From contig CAWFJP010000024.1 of assembly GCA_963816145.1 (NCBI GenBank), positions 1 through 64,000 of the forward strand: DNA of 64,000 bases. Reading direction: 5' to 3'. This document shows positions 30,231-41,707 of this stretch, piece by piece; the first letter of the stretch is position 1, and the number at the start of each line of letters is the position of its first letter. The translations under genes and the position numbers were made by a program. The notes beneath the pieces are model-generated. The model worked only from the letters and a program-made list of their open reading frames with translations, was not told the DNA's origin and ran no database searches. The DNA is from an uncultured delta proteobacterium. Its GTDB lineage: Bacteria > Desulfobacterota > Binatia > UBA9968.

Positions 30231-32963
30231 TCACTCTTTCCCTTCTCCGCCCACTTGCTCGGTTACAACCCGGGCAAGCACGCGCCCGCGTTCGGTCTCC
30301 AGAAGGGTTTTGGCGTCGACACGCCCGAAGATGTCCAGGAGGGGAGCGACCAGAGCGGTCCAGCCCGTCTGGTGGCTGGCCCCAAGGCCCGCACCGTTGT
30401 CGCCGTGGAAATACTCGTAAAACAGGATCAGGTCGCGCCAATGCGGATCGTCCTGGAACTTTGCCGTGCCGCCGTACACCGGCCGGTGCCCATTGGCATC
30501 GCGCAGAAAAGTACCCGCCAGCCGGCGCACCAGCTCCTGCGCCACTTCGAACAGCGTCATGTAGCGGCCGGAACCGGTTGGGCACTGTACCTTAAATTCA
30601 TTGCCGTAGAAGCTGTATAGATTGATCAGCGCCCGAACGATCAGCCCATTGACCGGCATCCACACCGGCCCCCGCCAGTTGGAGTTGCCGCCGAACATGC
30701 CGGTATTCGATTCCGCCGGCAGGTACTGGACCTTGTACTCCTGCCCCCCGACATGAAATACGAACGGATGTTCCAGGTGATAGCGCGACAGCGAACGTAT
30801 GCCATGCGGACCGAGAAACTCGTTCTCGTCGAGCATGTAGGCGAGCACGCGCTCGAGCTTGTTCTTGTTGAGGATCGATAACAGCCGCCGGTCTTTGTAG
30901 CCGATGAAACCCGCATCGGTCGGCGCGAGATGGGAAATCAACTCGGGGTGGCGTTTGCGAAACAGCGCGATCATCTCCATCAGTCTGGGATAGCGCGTGA
31001 CAAAATCCGCCTCGATCACCGTCGAGGCGCACAGCGGCAGCAGCCCGACCAGCGACCTGACCTTCAGCCGCATCGCCTTGCCGTCCGGCAGCCGCAGCAG
31101 ATCATAGAAAAAGCCGTCCTGCTCATCCCACATCTCGTCGTGATGCTCGCCGCGGCGGTCCATGGCATAGGCGATCCACATGAAATGCTGGACGAACTTG
31201 AAGGCGATCTCTTCGTACATCGGGTCGTATTCGCAGAGTATCAGGGCCATCTCCAACATGTTCTGGCAGTAAAACGCCATCCAGGCGGTGCCGTCCGCCT
31301 GCTCCAGCGTACCGCCGGTGGGCAGTTGCGCGCTGCGGTCGAAGACGCCGATGTTGTCGAGCCCAAGAAAGCCGCCGGCGAAGACGTTGCGCCCCGCGGG
31401 ATCCTTGCGATTGACCCACCAGTTGAAGTTCAGCATCAAGCCCTGAAACGATCGTTCGAGGAAGCGCAGGTCGGCCCGGCCCAGCTGCTTCTCGTAGTTA
31501 TACAGCCAGAGCGTGGCCCAGGCGTGCACCGGCGGATTGACATCGCTGAAGTTCCACTCGTAGGCCGGGATCTGCCCGCTCGGGTGAAAGTACAGGCTGC
31601 GCAGCATCAGCAGCAGCTGCTCCTTGGCGAAATCAAAATCCACCAGCGACAGCGAAATCGTATGGAAGGCCAGGTCCCAGGCGGCATACCAGGGATATTC
31701 CCACTTGTCCGGCATGGAGATTACGTCGGCATTGAGCATGTGGAACCACTCGGTGTTGCGCACGTCGTGGCGGGCGGACTCCATCAGCGGATGGCTCTTG
31801 TGCTCGCGCAGCCACTGCTCCAGGTCGAAGTAGTAGTACTGCTTCGACCACAGCATTCCCGCCAGCGCCTGGCGGTGCACCCGGCGCTGATCTTCATTCA
31901 GCGAATTGGGCGCGATCCGATCGTAGAATTCGTCGGCGTCGGCGATGCGGCTTTTGAATGTCTTTTCGAAGCCGGCAAAGGCATTTTTTATCTCGGCGGT
32001 CGCCAGGCGCAGCCGGACCGTCTGGCTACCGCCGGCGGGCACCTCGAGGACATAGTGAGCCGCCGCCTTGGTCCCGGTCTTGGCGGGATTCACCGCTTCG
32101 CCCTCTCCCGAAATAATATATCGATGGAACGAGTCTTTGACGTAGGGAGACGCATTGGGCTGGTTCCACAGACGCTGGGCATTGCTCTCGTTTTCGGTGA
32201 ACAGCAGCTCCGAAGCGCCATCGCATTGCAGCCAATACTCGCCGAGCTCTGGGTGTGACGCTTGAATTACCCCAGGTCCGGCTTCGCGTAGCGACGGCTT
32301 GCCATCAGCCTCACCCCAGGACCAGGTGTTGCGAAACCACAGTGTCGGCAAGAGTCGCAGCCGGGCCGCCTCCGGCCCGCGATTGTGCACGGTGATGCGG
32401 ATCAGCACATCTTCGGGGCCCTCTTTCGCGTACTCGACGAACACATCGAAATAACGGTCATCGTTGAATATGCCGGTGTCGAGCAGCTCGTATTCGAACT
32501 CTTCCCGCGAGCGACCCCGGTTAGTAACGATCAGATCCCGGTAGGGATACTCGCGCTGCGGGTACTTGTAGAGGTACTTCATGTAGGAGTGCGTCGGCGT
32601 GCTGTCGATGTAGAAGTAGTACTCCTTGACATCCTCGCCATGGTTCGCCTCGCTGTTGGTCAGTCCGAACAAGCGCTCCTTCAAAATCGCGTCGCGCTCG
32701 TTCCACAAAGCCAGGGCAAAGCACAGCCGTTGCTTGTCGTCGCAAATGCCGCCAAGCCCGTCCTCGCCCCATTTGTAGGCGCGCGAGCGCGATTGGTCAT
32801 GAGTGAAATAATCCCAGGCGTCGCCGTTATCGCTGTAGTCCTCGCGCACCGTGCCCCACTGCCGCTCGCTCAGGTAGGGTCCCCATTTCTTCCACGGGAT
32901 GCCCGCCTCGCGCGCCTCGTTCAGCCGTTTTTGCTCGGTAACATCGACAATCTGAGTTGCCAT
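30231..32963 (-). CDS. GH63 / MGH1-like glucosidase
   Basis: [21 protein letters not shown]; [19 protein letters not shown]; [22 protein letters not shown]. Confidence 0.92.
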   Translation of the reverse strand: MATQIVDVTEQKRLNEAREAGIPWKKWGPYLSERQWGTVREDYSDNGDAWDYFTHDQSRSRAYKWGEDGLGGICDDKQRLCFALALWNERDAILKERLFGLTNSEANHGEDVKEYYFYIDSTPTHSYMKYLYKYPQREYPYRDLIVTNRGRSREEFEYELLDTGIFNDDRYFDVFVEYAKEGPEDVLIRITVHNRGPEAARLRLLPTLWFRNTWSWGEADGKPSLREAGPGVIQASHPELGEYWLQCDGASELLFTENESNAQRLWNQPNASPYVKDSFHRYIISGEGEAVNPAKTGTKAAAHYVLEVPAGGSQTVRLRLATAEIKNAFAGFEKTFKSRIADADEFYDRIAPNSLNEDQRRVHRQALAGMLWSKQYYYFDLEQWLREHKSHPLMESARHDVRNTEWFHMLNADVISMPDKWEYPWYAAWDLAFHTISLSLVDFDFAKEQLLLMLRSLYFHPSGQIPAYEWNFSDVNPPVHAWATLWLYNYEKQLGRADLRFLERSFQGLMLNFNWWVNRKDPAGRNVFAGGFLGLDNIGVFDRSAQLPTGGTLEQADGTAWMAFYCQNMLEMALILCEYDPMYEEIAFKFVQHFMWIAYAMDRRGEHHDEMWDEQDGFFYDLLRLPDGKAMRLKVRSLVGLLPLCASTVIEADFVTRYPRLMEMIALFRKRHPELISHLAPTDAGFIGYKDRRLLSILNKNKLERVLAYMLDENEFLGPHGIRSLSRYHLEHPFVFHVGGQEYKVQYLPAESNTGMFGGNSNWRGPVWMPVNGLIVRALINLYSFYGNEFKVQCPTGSGRYMTLFEVAQELVRRLAGTFLRDANGHRPVYGGTAKFQDDPHWRDLILFYEYFHGDNGAGLGASHQTGWTALVAPLLDIFGRVDAKTLLETERGRVLARVVTEQVGGEGKE

Positions 32964-32983
32964 TTCTCGCTGTCTCCTTCGAG

Positions 32984-33295
32984 TTAATTTTCCGCGGTCT
33001 TGGTTTGCGCCGTTGATCCCGGCTTTTTAACTGGTTTGGCTTTTGCTTTTGCGGCGCTGGTGACCGGCGGCTTGCGAGTCACTTTAACCGCTGTGCGAGC
33101 GGCCGGCATGGTTCGCTCTTGCCCCAGCTCCGCTTCCGCCTGCAGCCAATCTTCTACCTCGTGGCCATGTTCGCGGCCGCGTCGCTCGTAAAGTTCATAG
33201 GCACGGCGGCTAATTTGCTCCTCAAGGTCGATGGCGACTTCTTCGCTCTTAACTTTTGCCGCTCTAGGTTTGGTTGTCTTCTGCGATATTTTCAT
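32984..33295 (-). CDS. DUF2934 domain protein with a Lys/Ala-rich tail
   Basis: EEQISRRAYELYERRGREHGHEVEDWLQAEAEL. Confidence 0.85.
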   Translation of the reverse strand: MKISQKTTKPRAAKVKSEEVAIDLEEQISRRAYELYERRGREHGHEVEDWLQAEAELGQERTMPAARTAVKVTRKPPVTSAAKAKAKPVKKPGSTAQTKTAEN

Positions 33296-33548
33296 ATTTA
33301 CTCCGCACGCCTGTTCTGTCGGTAATTGACGAATCACTGCGTCTGCGCGATGCCACAACTATCCTGAATAATCTGCACACGCCATGCCATGGTTTCACCA
33401 CCGACGACGAGATCGTCGCCCGGCTAATTCCGACAAGAATCGTTAAACGGTCTGGTCAGAGATGACAAATCCATCGGGAAAATTCTTAGATCTGAAAATA
33501 CGCCGCAGTCCTTACGCACTGCCAATAGCGCTCAATCCTGCTTTACGC

Positions 33549-34271
33549 TTATTTCTGCTGCTCGAGCCACGCCGCATGCTGCTCCCGGATGATGGCGATC
33601 GCAGCATCGGCGTCGGCCGCGCAGCGCGGGATCGCCATGTCCTCGGCGTTGGCCAAAGGTGGGTCGACGGATAGCATGGAGTTGCGCGCCCACTCGATCA
33701 GGCCCGGCCACATATTCCCCACCAGGATCAACGGCATGTCTTGAAGATGGCGAACCTGCAACAGCTGCCAGATCATCATCGTCTCCAGTACCGTACCGAT
33801 GCCTCCTGGCGCGACGATGAAAGCGTCGGACGTGAGCACGAACTGGTGCAGGCGCGTGAAAAAGGTCCGGTGCTCGAACGCCTCGGTCACGAACGCGTTG
33901 ACTTCCTGCTCGAAGGGCAAATCCACACGGATGCCAACGGATTGGGCGCGATCCGGCGCCGTGGCCGCGCCTTCGTTGGCCGCTTGCATTAACCCCGGGC
34001 CGCCGCCGGTGATGATGTCGCAGCCCATATCCGCCAACGCGGCCGCCAGCCGTTTGGTCTCTTCATAAGCGAAGGTTCCCGGCTTCACCCGCGCCGAACC
34101 GAAGATCGTCACCCGATAGCGGTCGTGCTTGGACGGCCTGAGCCGCGTCAGATTGCTTACGACGTCCCACAGCCCGAGTACCGAGTTGACAAGAACCTGC
34201 TTAACGCTTTCCTCGTCGGCCAGGCTGATCCTATCGTCTTTTGGCGCCTTCGAATCATTCGTACTCATCAC
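33549..34271 (-). CDS. LOG-family (Rossmann-fold nucleotide-binding) protein
   Basis: VTIFGSAR; TGGGPGLMQAANEGA; FFTRL; PGGIGTVLE. Confidence 0.9.
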   Translation of the reverse strand: MMSTNDSKAPKDDRISLADEESVKQVLVNSVLGLWDVVSNLTRLRPSKHDRYRVTIFGSARVKPGTFAYEETKRLAAALADMGCDIITGGGPGLMQAANEGAATAPDRAQSVGIRVDLPFEQEVNAFVTEAFEHRTFFTRLHQFVLTSDAFIVAPGGIGTVLETMMIWQLLQVRHLQDMPLILVGNMWPGLIEWARNSMLSVDPPLANAEDMAIPRCAADADAAIAIIREQHAAWLEQQK

Positions 34272-34432
34272 TCTCGATCCTCGAGCAACAAAACGTCGAG
34301 ACGGTGATTGTCCATTCTCATCCTTAACGTCTGGTTAAAGCCATATGATCCGCGCATTATTGCTCCAATTCCTCGACTAGACTCCGGTTCGCTGCAGACA
34401 CAATCACCGTAATGAAGACGAAAAAAACTGTC

Positions 34433-34452
34433 TATTGGACCTTGGTCTAATA
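34433..34452. promoter_or_regulatory. Palindromic regulator site upstream of LOG
   Basis: tattggac-cttg-gtctaata; TACGGT on - strand at 34411-34406. Confidence 0.75.
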
Positions 34453-34499
34453 TGTTTGAGCGGCGAATCGCGCCCCGTGCGAACTGTCGAATGCCGTCG

Positions 34500-34880
34500 A
34501 ATGGGTCAGGGGTCGAGATCCGGATTCGCCTGTGGTGAGCACGATCGAAGCACCGCTAAAGACATGCGGGAATGACGGACTTGGCAATGGCAATTAGTGC
34601 AATGCAGCGAGCTGCGGGGAGTCGACCCGCAGAGTGTTCATGAGCTTACGCTCGTCTACAGAGTATGAAATTGCCCGGTACCCCGCCACAGGTTCTTTCA
34701 TCGATCCGTCATGCCGGCGCAGGCCGGCATCCATCTTCGTGCGCGCTGCAACGCCAAAGAAAACCTGGATTCCGGCCGGATCGAGTCCGGGGCAGGCTCT
34801 GCGCCGGAATTACGACAAGAGGAAGAGTCGACTTCTAGGCGACGAGTTCAGAACCCCGCGCCTTTAAGCCGACGGTCGTC
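34500..34880. repeat. Cluster of mixed REP-like palindromes
   Basis: gtcatgccggcgcaggccggcatcca…ctggattccggc[cggatcgagtccggggcaggctc]tgcgccggaattac; cctgtggtgagcacgatcgaa; gctgcggggagtcgacccgcag. Confidence 0.7.
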
Positions 34881-35079
34881 CAATATAAATACACCGGTGC
34901 ATTTACAGTGTCGTAAATACGCACGGATCGAGGCGTCGGATCAACTTAATAAACCATGCGCGCCGTGAGCATTGTCCCTTACCGATTGACTATCCGATGC
35001 TGACGGGATCGTCGCGAGCGGCTTGCAAGCGCCGATGGGCTTACAATTTTAGCAATCCACGTTACAATGAAGCGCACAT

Positions 35080-35411
35080 ATGGCGAATGTTGGCGCACCT
35101 GAGGAGTTGCAGTTTGAGGTAATAACCCCGTTGGGCTTCCGAGTCCGCGTGACGCGTGCTTATTGGGAGATCATCGTCGGCTTTAAACACCCGGTTATGG
35201 CGGCACACGAGCAGGCGGTTAAGGAAACTCTGGTAAAGCCGAGTGAAATACGATTGAGTAAGAGTGATCCGTCAGTACACCTTTTCTATCGAACGGAACG
35301 GAGCGAGCGCTGGGTTTGTGCGGTTGCCAAGCGACTCGATAGCGAAGGCTTTCTAAGCACGCCTGTCCAACGGATGCCATCAAAGAAGGAGAACGGATAT
35401 GGCCCAAGTAA
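35080..35411 (+). CDS. DUF4258-like putative toxin, frameshift at about 35360
   Basis: RVRVTRAYW…KHP…RLSKSDPSVHLFY…VAKRLDSEGFL; the shifted frame gives PTDAIKEGERIWPK*. Confidence 0.7.
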
Positions 35412-35611
35412 AAGTATTTTACGATGAGACCGGCAATACACTCACAGTTTGGTTTGGCGATTCGCACGAAGAATATGTATGCGAAGAAACAGGCGAAGAA
35501 GTCATTCTCATGAAGGATAAAGCCGGTAAAGTGATCGGTTTTGAAAAACTCAATTTCACGCTGGCTAAACCAACGCGCCTACAGGTTGCCTTTGAAACAG
35601 TGACCGGATAA
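35399..35611 (+). CDS. DUF2283-like putative antitoxin
   Basis: VKVFYDETGNTLTVWF…EEVILMKDKAGKVIGFEKL; overlaps the toxin end. Confidence 0.75.
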   Translation: MAQVKVFYDETGNTLTVWFGDSHEEYVCEETGEEVILMKDKAGKVIGFEKLNFTLAKPTRLQVAFETVTG

Positions 35612-35673
35612 AAGGCACTCCGCTTCAATCCAACCCCGACAAGAGCTTGGGCCCTAAACAGATTTATCAGCAA

Positions 35674-37812
35674 CTAGTCGACCCAGTGAAGCACGTTGCG
35701 GATCACCGACCAGCGGGGCTGGTTATCCGCGGCGAATTGTCCCAGGATCCAGTAGTCATAAAGTTTTTTAAAGGTGCCATCGCCCTTTTTAAGTTCCACC
35801 AGGGCGTTGACGTAATCGACCAGTTCCCGGTCACCGCGCGCCACCGCATAGCTCACCGGTAGCGCGATCGGCGGTGGCGGCACGACAACCGCGTATTCCG
35901 GATAGAGCAGGCTCCAAGCCGATCCCCCCTCGGCGCTATAAACAAAGCCATCGAAAGTTTTTCCCTTGGGTTGAAAAAACTCTTCGGCGGAATTCACGGT
36001 CACCAGCTCTGCTTTGGGCAAGCGTTCCCGGACGAAAGAGATAAAATAGGGCACATCTAAAACGGCTAGCTTCGGCGCTTTTAATTCTTTCAGGGCTTCG
36101 CGGCTACTGAATTCAGATCGTCGATAATCTTGGACCACAAAAGCCAAAGTCAGCTCCATGTATGGCGTCGAGAGACTCGCGGCTTCGGCGCGTTCCGGAG
36201 TGAGCACCATTCCCGACATCACGATATCACAGTAACCTTCACTGAGCTGTTGAAATATCTTGCTGCGATCGACGGCTACGAACTCGAGGCCGACGCCGAG
36301 AGAACGCGCAAGAATATGCGCCATTTCAACATCCAGGCCGACTAATTCTCCCCTTCCATTAAAGAAAGTAGCGGGACGATTATCCTCGAGATAGCCGACT
36401 CGGATTACACCCCGGGCACGGATTCTCTTCAGCCCCGATGGCGACGAATCCATCGGCAAAGGCGGCGGCGCCGATTTATAAACCTTGGCAGGGCCGGTGG
36501 CGAATAACGGCTGCATTTGGCCGATAATCTTATCCTTGTCGTAGGCGTTCTGAACCGCCAATGAAAAATAGGCGCGCGCCCCAATCACCGCGCCGGCGAT
36601 CAAGCCCACCATAAGCGCTGTCACGGGAACCAAGCGCTTCCACTGAAAACGCAGCGCCCCTGACATGGCAAAGCCGCCGAGCACCGCGAGCGTAAATAGG
36701 TGCATCGCCGAGGCCAAAGTGCCAAATTGCGCAACGAAAATCCCCGAGGCGAGGTAAAGTTGCATCATGTCGGCGGGTAGGCGGAGCAGATCAAGCAAAA
36801 ACGGCATGGCGGCAACCGGCTTGCCGAAAAAACTTAACAGTCCGGACACAGTTAAATTGACATAGGCCGCAAGGCTGATGGCCGTCTTGGTGAACCAAGC
36901 AGCAAACAGGATGAAAAGAAGCTGGAACAGCCTACCGACGTTAGGGAAATTGAAGGAAATCGGTATGATCACGTCAACGCTACGCTCCGCTTCCGCGCTC
37001 GCGCCCGCGCCCTTTCGCAGCATTTCCTTGCCATGTTCAGTCAGCATCGGTATGACGATCAGTAAATTATCCGTCGCGAATGCCATTAACAGCGCGTCTT
37101 TCGTGGTCCAGACGATCTCCCGGTAACCGAGCGGTGTCAGCAGCATGATGAACGCAGGGAGAACGCCAAACGTCATCAACAGGGTGGCCAAAATATCGGT
37201 GACGATATAGACCTGCAGGCGGCTCAATTCATCGATATTCATCGTGCCGGCTGTGCTCGCCGAAATCGCGAAAATACCGAGCGGGGTGAGCCTGGAGACA
37301 AATTTCGTGACCCGCTTGAGGGCGTCTTCCATGACATCAAAGGCGGCGATGAGTGGAGCCTTGCTCTCGATCCCCATCAGGGCCAGACCTACCGCAATGC
37401 TAAAAAGCACCACCGCCGGCACGATGTTGTTGGCCATCGAATAGAAAGGGTTGCTGGGGATGAACTCAAGGAAATTGAATCGCTGCGGCGACTCGAGCGA
37501 CGTCGAGCTAAAGAACGACGCGGATTGCCAATTGGGAAAACTGAGCGGGAAGATATACAAGAGCGCGAAGGTCAAGGCCCAGATCAGCAGCAGCAAACTG
37601 CCCACGCGCAACGAAAGCTGGACAGCCTCGCCGTATTTCAACTTGCCGATCCCGGACATCAGAGTAATCATGATGTATGGCAGCACGGCCATCTGCAGCA
37701 ACTGGACATAGGCTGTGCCGACAGCCTTGAGCGGAGCGGTGATTTCACCGAGGAAAATACCCGTCGCAATGCCCAGACCCAAGCCGAGAAATATTTTTGC
37801 CGATAAACTCAT
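35674..37812 (-). CDS. Dicarboxylate/amino acid:cation symporter fused to a type-2 periplasmic binding domain
   Basis: N-terminal SDF (YVQLLQMAVLPYI, IPSNPFYSMA); C-terminal IRARGVIRVGY…GLDVEMA…YDYWILG. Confidence 0.88.
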   Translation of the reverse strand: MSLSAKIFLGLGLGIATGIFLGEITAPLKAVGTAYVQLLQMAVLPYIMITLMSGIGKLKYGEAVQLSLRVGSLLLLIWALTFALLYIFPLSFPNWQSASFFSSTSLESPQRFNFLEFIPSNPFYSMANNIVPAVVLFSIAVGLALMGIESKAPLIAAFDVMEDALKRVTKFVSRLTPLGIFAISASTAGTMNIDELSRLQVYIVTDILATLLMTFGVLPAFIMLLTPLGYREIVWTTKDALLMAFATDNLLIVIPMLTEHGKEMLRKGAGASAEAERSVDVIIPISFNFPNVGRLFQLLFILFAAWFTKTAISLAAYVNLTVSGLLSFFGKPVAAMPFLLDLLRLPADMMQLYLASGIFVAQFGTLASAMHLFTLAVLGGFAMSGALRFQWKRLVPVTALMVGLIAGAVIGARAYFSLAVQNAYDKDKIIGQMQPLFATGPAKVYKSAPPPLPMDSSPSGLKRIRARGVIRVGYLEDNRPATFFNGRGELVGLDVEMAHILARSLGVGLEFVAVDRSKIFQQLSEGYCDIVMSGMVLTPERAEAASLSTPYMELTLAFVVQDYRRSEFSSREALKELKAPKLAVLDVPYFISFVRERLPKAELVTVNSAEEFFQPKGKTFDGFVYSAEGGSAWSLLYPEYAVVVPPPPIALPVSYAVARGDRELVDYVNALVELKKGDGTFKKLYDYWILGQFAADNQPRWSVIRNVLHWVD

Positions 37813-38104
37813 GAGCAGCCTTAATCAATTTTCAGTGCAGTTGACGTGAAGCAGCCGGCGATAGTGTTTAGACTGAAGGAGTGCCGTCGCGATGAAATAC
37901 ATGATGATTCAGCAGCGGATTTGCATTGACGTACATAGCACCCATTGAGGCGTCGGATCAACTTAAATAAAGCCTCGACAACTTCCTCGGCCAAGGCGTC
38001 TATCACTTCCGTGGCGAGCAAACGTTCGCGCTCCGCAGCGACTTTGAGGTTCGGCTGCTGACGCATGATGCCAGGCGAGTGCAATAAAGACGCAAAAAAC
38101 CGGC

Positions 38105-38124
38105 TATTGGACTTTGGTATAGTA
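38105..38124. promoter_or_regulatory. Palindromic regulator site upstream of the symporter
   Basis: tattggac-tttg-gtatagta. Confidence 0.6.
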
Positions 38125-38255
38125 TGTTCGTGCGGCAAATGGCTAGCCCTATGCGGGCTGTTGAATACCTGGGCCTCACCGAGCTGGCAGCGAGACCCAG
38201 TAAAACTTCGCCGTCCGCGCGCGTTCACATCGTTCCCTTCGCATGTTCAGGGTAG

Positions 38256-38338
38256 GCTCTATCCTCCCCCGCGACGCGGGGGAGGATAGAGGTGGGGGTT
38301 TGAACGATTGGCACGGTTTGAACGGCTGGAACGGCCTT
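38256..38338. repeat. REP-like hairpin plus TTGAACGG nonamer repeats downstream of xfp
   Basis: ctctatcctcccccgcg-a-cgcgggggaggatagag; ttgaacgat-tggcacggt-ttgaacggc-tggaacggc. Confidence 0.7.
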
Positions 38339-38344
38339 TTCCAA

Positions 38345-40711
38345 TTAATACGGCCAGATCCAGTGGGTAAGCTCGGGCCGGTCGGTGCCATGCTCGTGGG
38401 CGTAGTGCAGGTTGTCGATAATCGCGTTCTTCATCGCTTCCTTTAAATGCGCCGCCTTCGTGCGCAGCTTCGGCACTCGGTCGATGACGTCGATGACCAG
38501 ATGGAAACGCGAGGTCTCGTTCAGCATCGCCAGCTCGAGGGGTGTGTTGATGTTGCCCTTTTCCTTGTAGCCGCGCACGTGCATGTTTTCGTGTCCCTTG
38601 AATCGGTACGCGAGCTTGTGGATGAGCCAGGGATAGCCGTGGAAGTTAAAGATGATCGGCTTGTCGGTGGTGAATAGGCTGTCGAACTCGCGCTCCGTCG
38701 AGCCATGCGGATGCTCCGATGCCGGCTGCAGCTTGAACAGATCGACCACGTTGACGAAGCGGAGTTTCAGATCCGGCGTGCGCTCGCGCAAGATCGCGGC
38801 TGCGGCCAACGCCTCCATGGTGGCCACGTCGCCGCAGGAAGCCAAAACCACATCCGGCTCCTCGCCCGCGTCGGTGCTCGCCCGCGCCCAAATGCCGATG
38901 CCCTTGGAGCAGTGAATGATCGCCTCGTCGATGGTGGTGAACTGCAGGTGCTTCTGCTTGTCGGCGACGATGACGTTGATGTAGTCGGTCGAACGCAAAC
39001 AATGGTCCGCCACCGACAGCAAGGTGTTGGCGTCGGGCGGCAGATAAATACGTGTGACCGATGGGCCCTTGTTGGTGACTAAATCGATGAAACCGGGGTC
39101 CTGATGCGAAAATCCGTTGTGGTCCTGGCGCCAGACGGTGGACGACAACAGGATGTTCTCGGAAGCCACCGAGGCGCGCCAAGGCACATGGTTTTTACAG
39201 ATATCCAACCACTTGGCGTGCTGGTTGAACATCGAATCGATGACATGGGCAAAGGCTTCATAGGTGTGGAAAAAACCATAACGGCCAGTGAGCAGATAAC
39301 CCTCCAGCCAGCCGATCAAGGTGTGCTCGGAAAGCATCTCCATGACGCGCCCATCGGGCGAGAGTTCGCCGCCGTCGGCGTCCTCCGGCAGCATGTCGGC
39401 CATCCAGGTTTTCTTGCTCACTTCGTAAATCGCCTGGAGCCGGTTGGAGGCGGTCTCGTCGGGGCCGAAGACGCGGAAGCTGGACATGTTGTTCTTCATC
39501 ACATCGCGCAAGAACTCGCCCAGGGGTTTGGTGTTCTCGAATTGCGCTGCTCCTCGAGCTGGAACTTCGACGGCGTATTTGCGAAAGTCGGGAAGCTTGA
39601 GTTCCTTGCGCAGCAACCCGCCGTTGGCGTGCGGGTTGGCGCTCATGCGCCGGCTGCCCTTGGGCGCCAGCGCCTTGAGCTCGGGCACGAGCTTGCCGCT
39701 GGCGTCGAACAACTCCTCGGGCTTGTAGCTGCGCATCCAATCTTCCAGAAGTTTTAAGTTCGTGGGGTTGTCGCGCACGTCGGCGAAGGGCACCTGATGC
39801 GAACGCCAGGAGCCTTCCACTTTATGGCCGCGGATTTCCTTTGGCCCGGTCCAACCTTTAGGGGAACGGAGCACGATCATCGGCCAGCGCGGTCGGAAAG
39901 CCTTATTCGACTCGCGCGCTGTGTTCTGTAGCGCGCGGATCTCGCCGATCGCTTCCTCCAAAGTAGCCGCCATCTTTTGATGCATCGCCGTCGGGTCGTC
40001 GCCTTCGACGAAGTAGGGCTTGTAACCGTAGCCGACAAACAACGCTGCCAACTCTTCGTGGCTGATACGCGCAAGGATCGTTGGATTGGCGATCTTGTAG
40101 CCATTCAAATTGAGGATCGGCAGCACCGCGCCGTCGCGCACCGGATTGATAAATTTATTAGAGTGCCACGCAGTCGCGAGCGGTCCGGTCTCCGCCTCGC
40201 CGTCGCCCACCACGCAGGCGACTATGAGATCCGGACTGTCGAGCGCCATGCCATAGGCGTGCGACAGACTGTAGCCGAGCTCGCCGCCTTCGTGGATGGA
40301 GCCGGGAGTTTCCGGCGTGACATGGCTGCCGATGTGGCCGGGAAAGGAGAACTGCTTGAAAAACTTCTGCATCCCTTCAGCGTCTTCGCTCTTGTCCGGA
40401 TAGATCTCGGAGTAGGTGCCTTCGAGATACGCCGGACCCAGGACCCCCGGCGCGCCATGGCCCGGGCCGGCGACAAAAATCACGTCGAGGTCATGCTTGA
40501 CGATCATTCTATTGAGATGCACCCAAGCGAACGAAAGCGCCGGGCTCGCGCCCCAATGGCCGAGCAGGCGGTGCTTCACATCTTCCGTCTTCAAAGGCTC
40601 CTTGAGCAGCGGGTTGTCTTTGAGATAGATCATCCCCACCGAAAGGTAGTTGCACGCCCGCCAGTAGGCGTTCATCAGTTCCAGCTCTTTATTGGTTAAT
40701 TGATTTGCCAT
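38345..40711 (-). CDS. xfp: Phosphoketolase (XFP/XPK)
   Basis: LLGHWG; GPGHG; [11 protein letters not shown]; [11 protein letters not shown]; [14 protein letters not shown]. Confidence 0.96.
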   Translation of the reverse strand: MANQLTNKELELMNAYWRACNYLSVGMIYLKDNPLLKEPLKTEDVKHRLLGHWGASPALSFAWVHLNRMIVKHDLDVIFVAGPGHGAPGVLGPAYLEGTYSEIYPDKSEDAEGMQKFFKQFSFPGHIGSHVTPETPGSIHEGGELGYSLSHAYGMALDSPDLIVACVVGDGEAETGPLATAWHSNKFINPVRDGAVLPILNLNGYKIANPTILARISHEELAALFVGYGYKPYFVEGDDPTAMHQKMAATLEEAIGEIRALQNTARESNKAFRPRWPMIVLRSPKGWTGPKEIRGHKVEGSWRSHQVPFADVRDNPTNLKLLEDWMRSYKPEELFDASGKLVPELKALAPKGSRRMSANPHANGGLLRKELKLPDFRKYAVEVPARGAAQFENTKPLGEFLRDVMKNNMSSFRVFGPDETASNRLQAIYEVSKKTWMADMLPEDADGGELSPDGRVMEMLSEHTLIGWLEGYLLTGRYGFFHTYEAFAHVIDSMFNQHAKWLDICKNHVPWRASVASENILLSSTVWRQDHNGFSHQDPGFIDLVTNKGPSVTRIYLPPDANTLLSVADHCLRSTDYINVIVADKQKHLQFTTIDEAIIHCSKGIGIWARASTDAGEEPDVVLASCGDVATMEALAAAAILRERTPDLKLRFVNVVDLFKLQPASEHPHGSTEREFDSLFTTDKPIIFNFHGYPWLIHKLAYRFKGHENMHVRGYKEKGNINTPLELAMLNETSRFHLVIDVIDRVPKLRTKAAHLKEAMKNAIIDNLHYAHEHGTDRPELTHWIWPY

Positions 40712-40943
40712 TGCTTCCTCCTATTTAATTCTTCCAGAGTTTCGCGGCGCGCCGCGAACTTATCCCCTGTCGATTGCTAACGATGCGCATACTCATCGCG
40801 CCGCAGTCGTGAAGTTTGCGGCTCTTAAGTTATTGTACTTGGATTTTTTCGCGCGATCCTCCGCTGCTTCTTAAGCGTTGTTTGCGCCATACCGTGGTCC
40901 CTCTCCCAATCACAGTTTCTAACAAACATCGTCGACCCAGCTC

Positions 40944-40963
40944 TATTGGATCTTGGTCCAATA
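40944..40963. promoter_or_regulatory. Palindromic regulator site upstream of xfp
   Basis: tattggat-cttg-gtccaata; extra half-site tattgtac at 40831. Confidence 0.75.
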
Positions 40964-41346
40964 CCAACTCTGGGGTAACTTTCCGCTCCTGTGATGCCGA
41001 GACGATCGGCGATTTCGCAGCCGTGAAATTCATTCACCGCAAAACCCACGCCACCATTGCACGATGGTGGAATCACTTGGAACACGGAAATTTGAACTAA
41101 AGATCAGAAAACCACGTGGCAGAACTGAAACAACATTGTTGCAAATTTCACCCGGGCGATAACGGCCCGACTTTGAAGTTGGACCCGGTGCTGGCACAAA
41201 ATTACATTGCCAGTCTACCTTGCTTGCCGCGACGTCACCAAAGCGAATCGGACTCTGCATTGAACTCTGGGTGTCGTCCCTCCTGCGGAACTTTAATTAG
41301 CTGCGCATCGATGACGTGAGATTGCGGCATACCGGTTCGTTCAGAA

Positions 41347-41538
41347 TCACAGAACAGTCGCTCTCGACTTCACACCGTAAGCGAGCCCAGCTCCATCGAT
41401 TGAACTAATGCCCTCCGATGAAGTTTCTCTGTCTTCTTTCAACCGCCGCAGGCGGGCTCGTCGGCCGATCTCGAGAAACAGCAGCATGCCGAGAAACAAA
41501 CCAGCGGCAAGCAAAATCACAATGGTTGCGTGTGTCAT
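41347..41538 (-). pseudogene. N-terminal fragment of a DUF4239-like membrane protein
   Basis: GLFLGMLLFLEIGRR…GISSIDGA, then diverges and stops. Confidence 0.55.
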
Positions 41539-41707
41539 GGTGAATTGCGAGAGGATTAGTTATCAGTGATCAGTAACCAGCAAAAAGAGATAAAATGTTG
41601 GAAGTTGGAACACTGGAATCCGGTTCCGATCTCCAGACGTAGCAGCCGTCCGAACTGCCACTACGCGGTACTCTAGTATTCCTTTCGTCCGATCACTTGC
41701 GTACCGT

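Noticed and set aside
37821-38228. 135-aa minus-strand ORF upstream of the symporter
   Set aside because: It spans a palindromic site; only a short helical-looking stretch is plausible, which is insufficient support.
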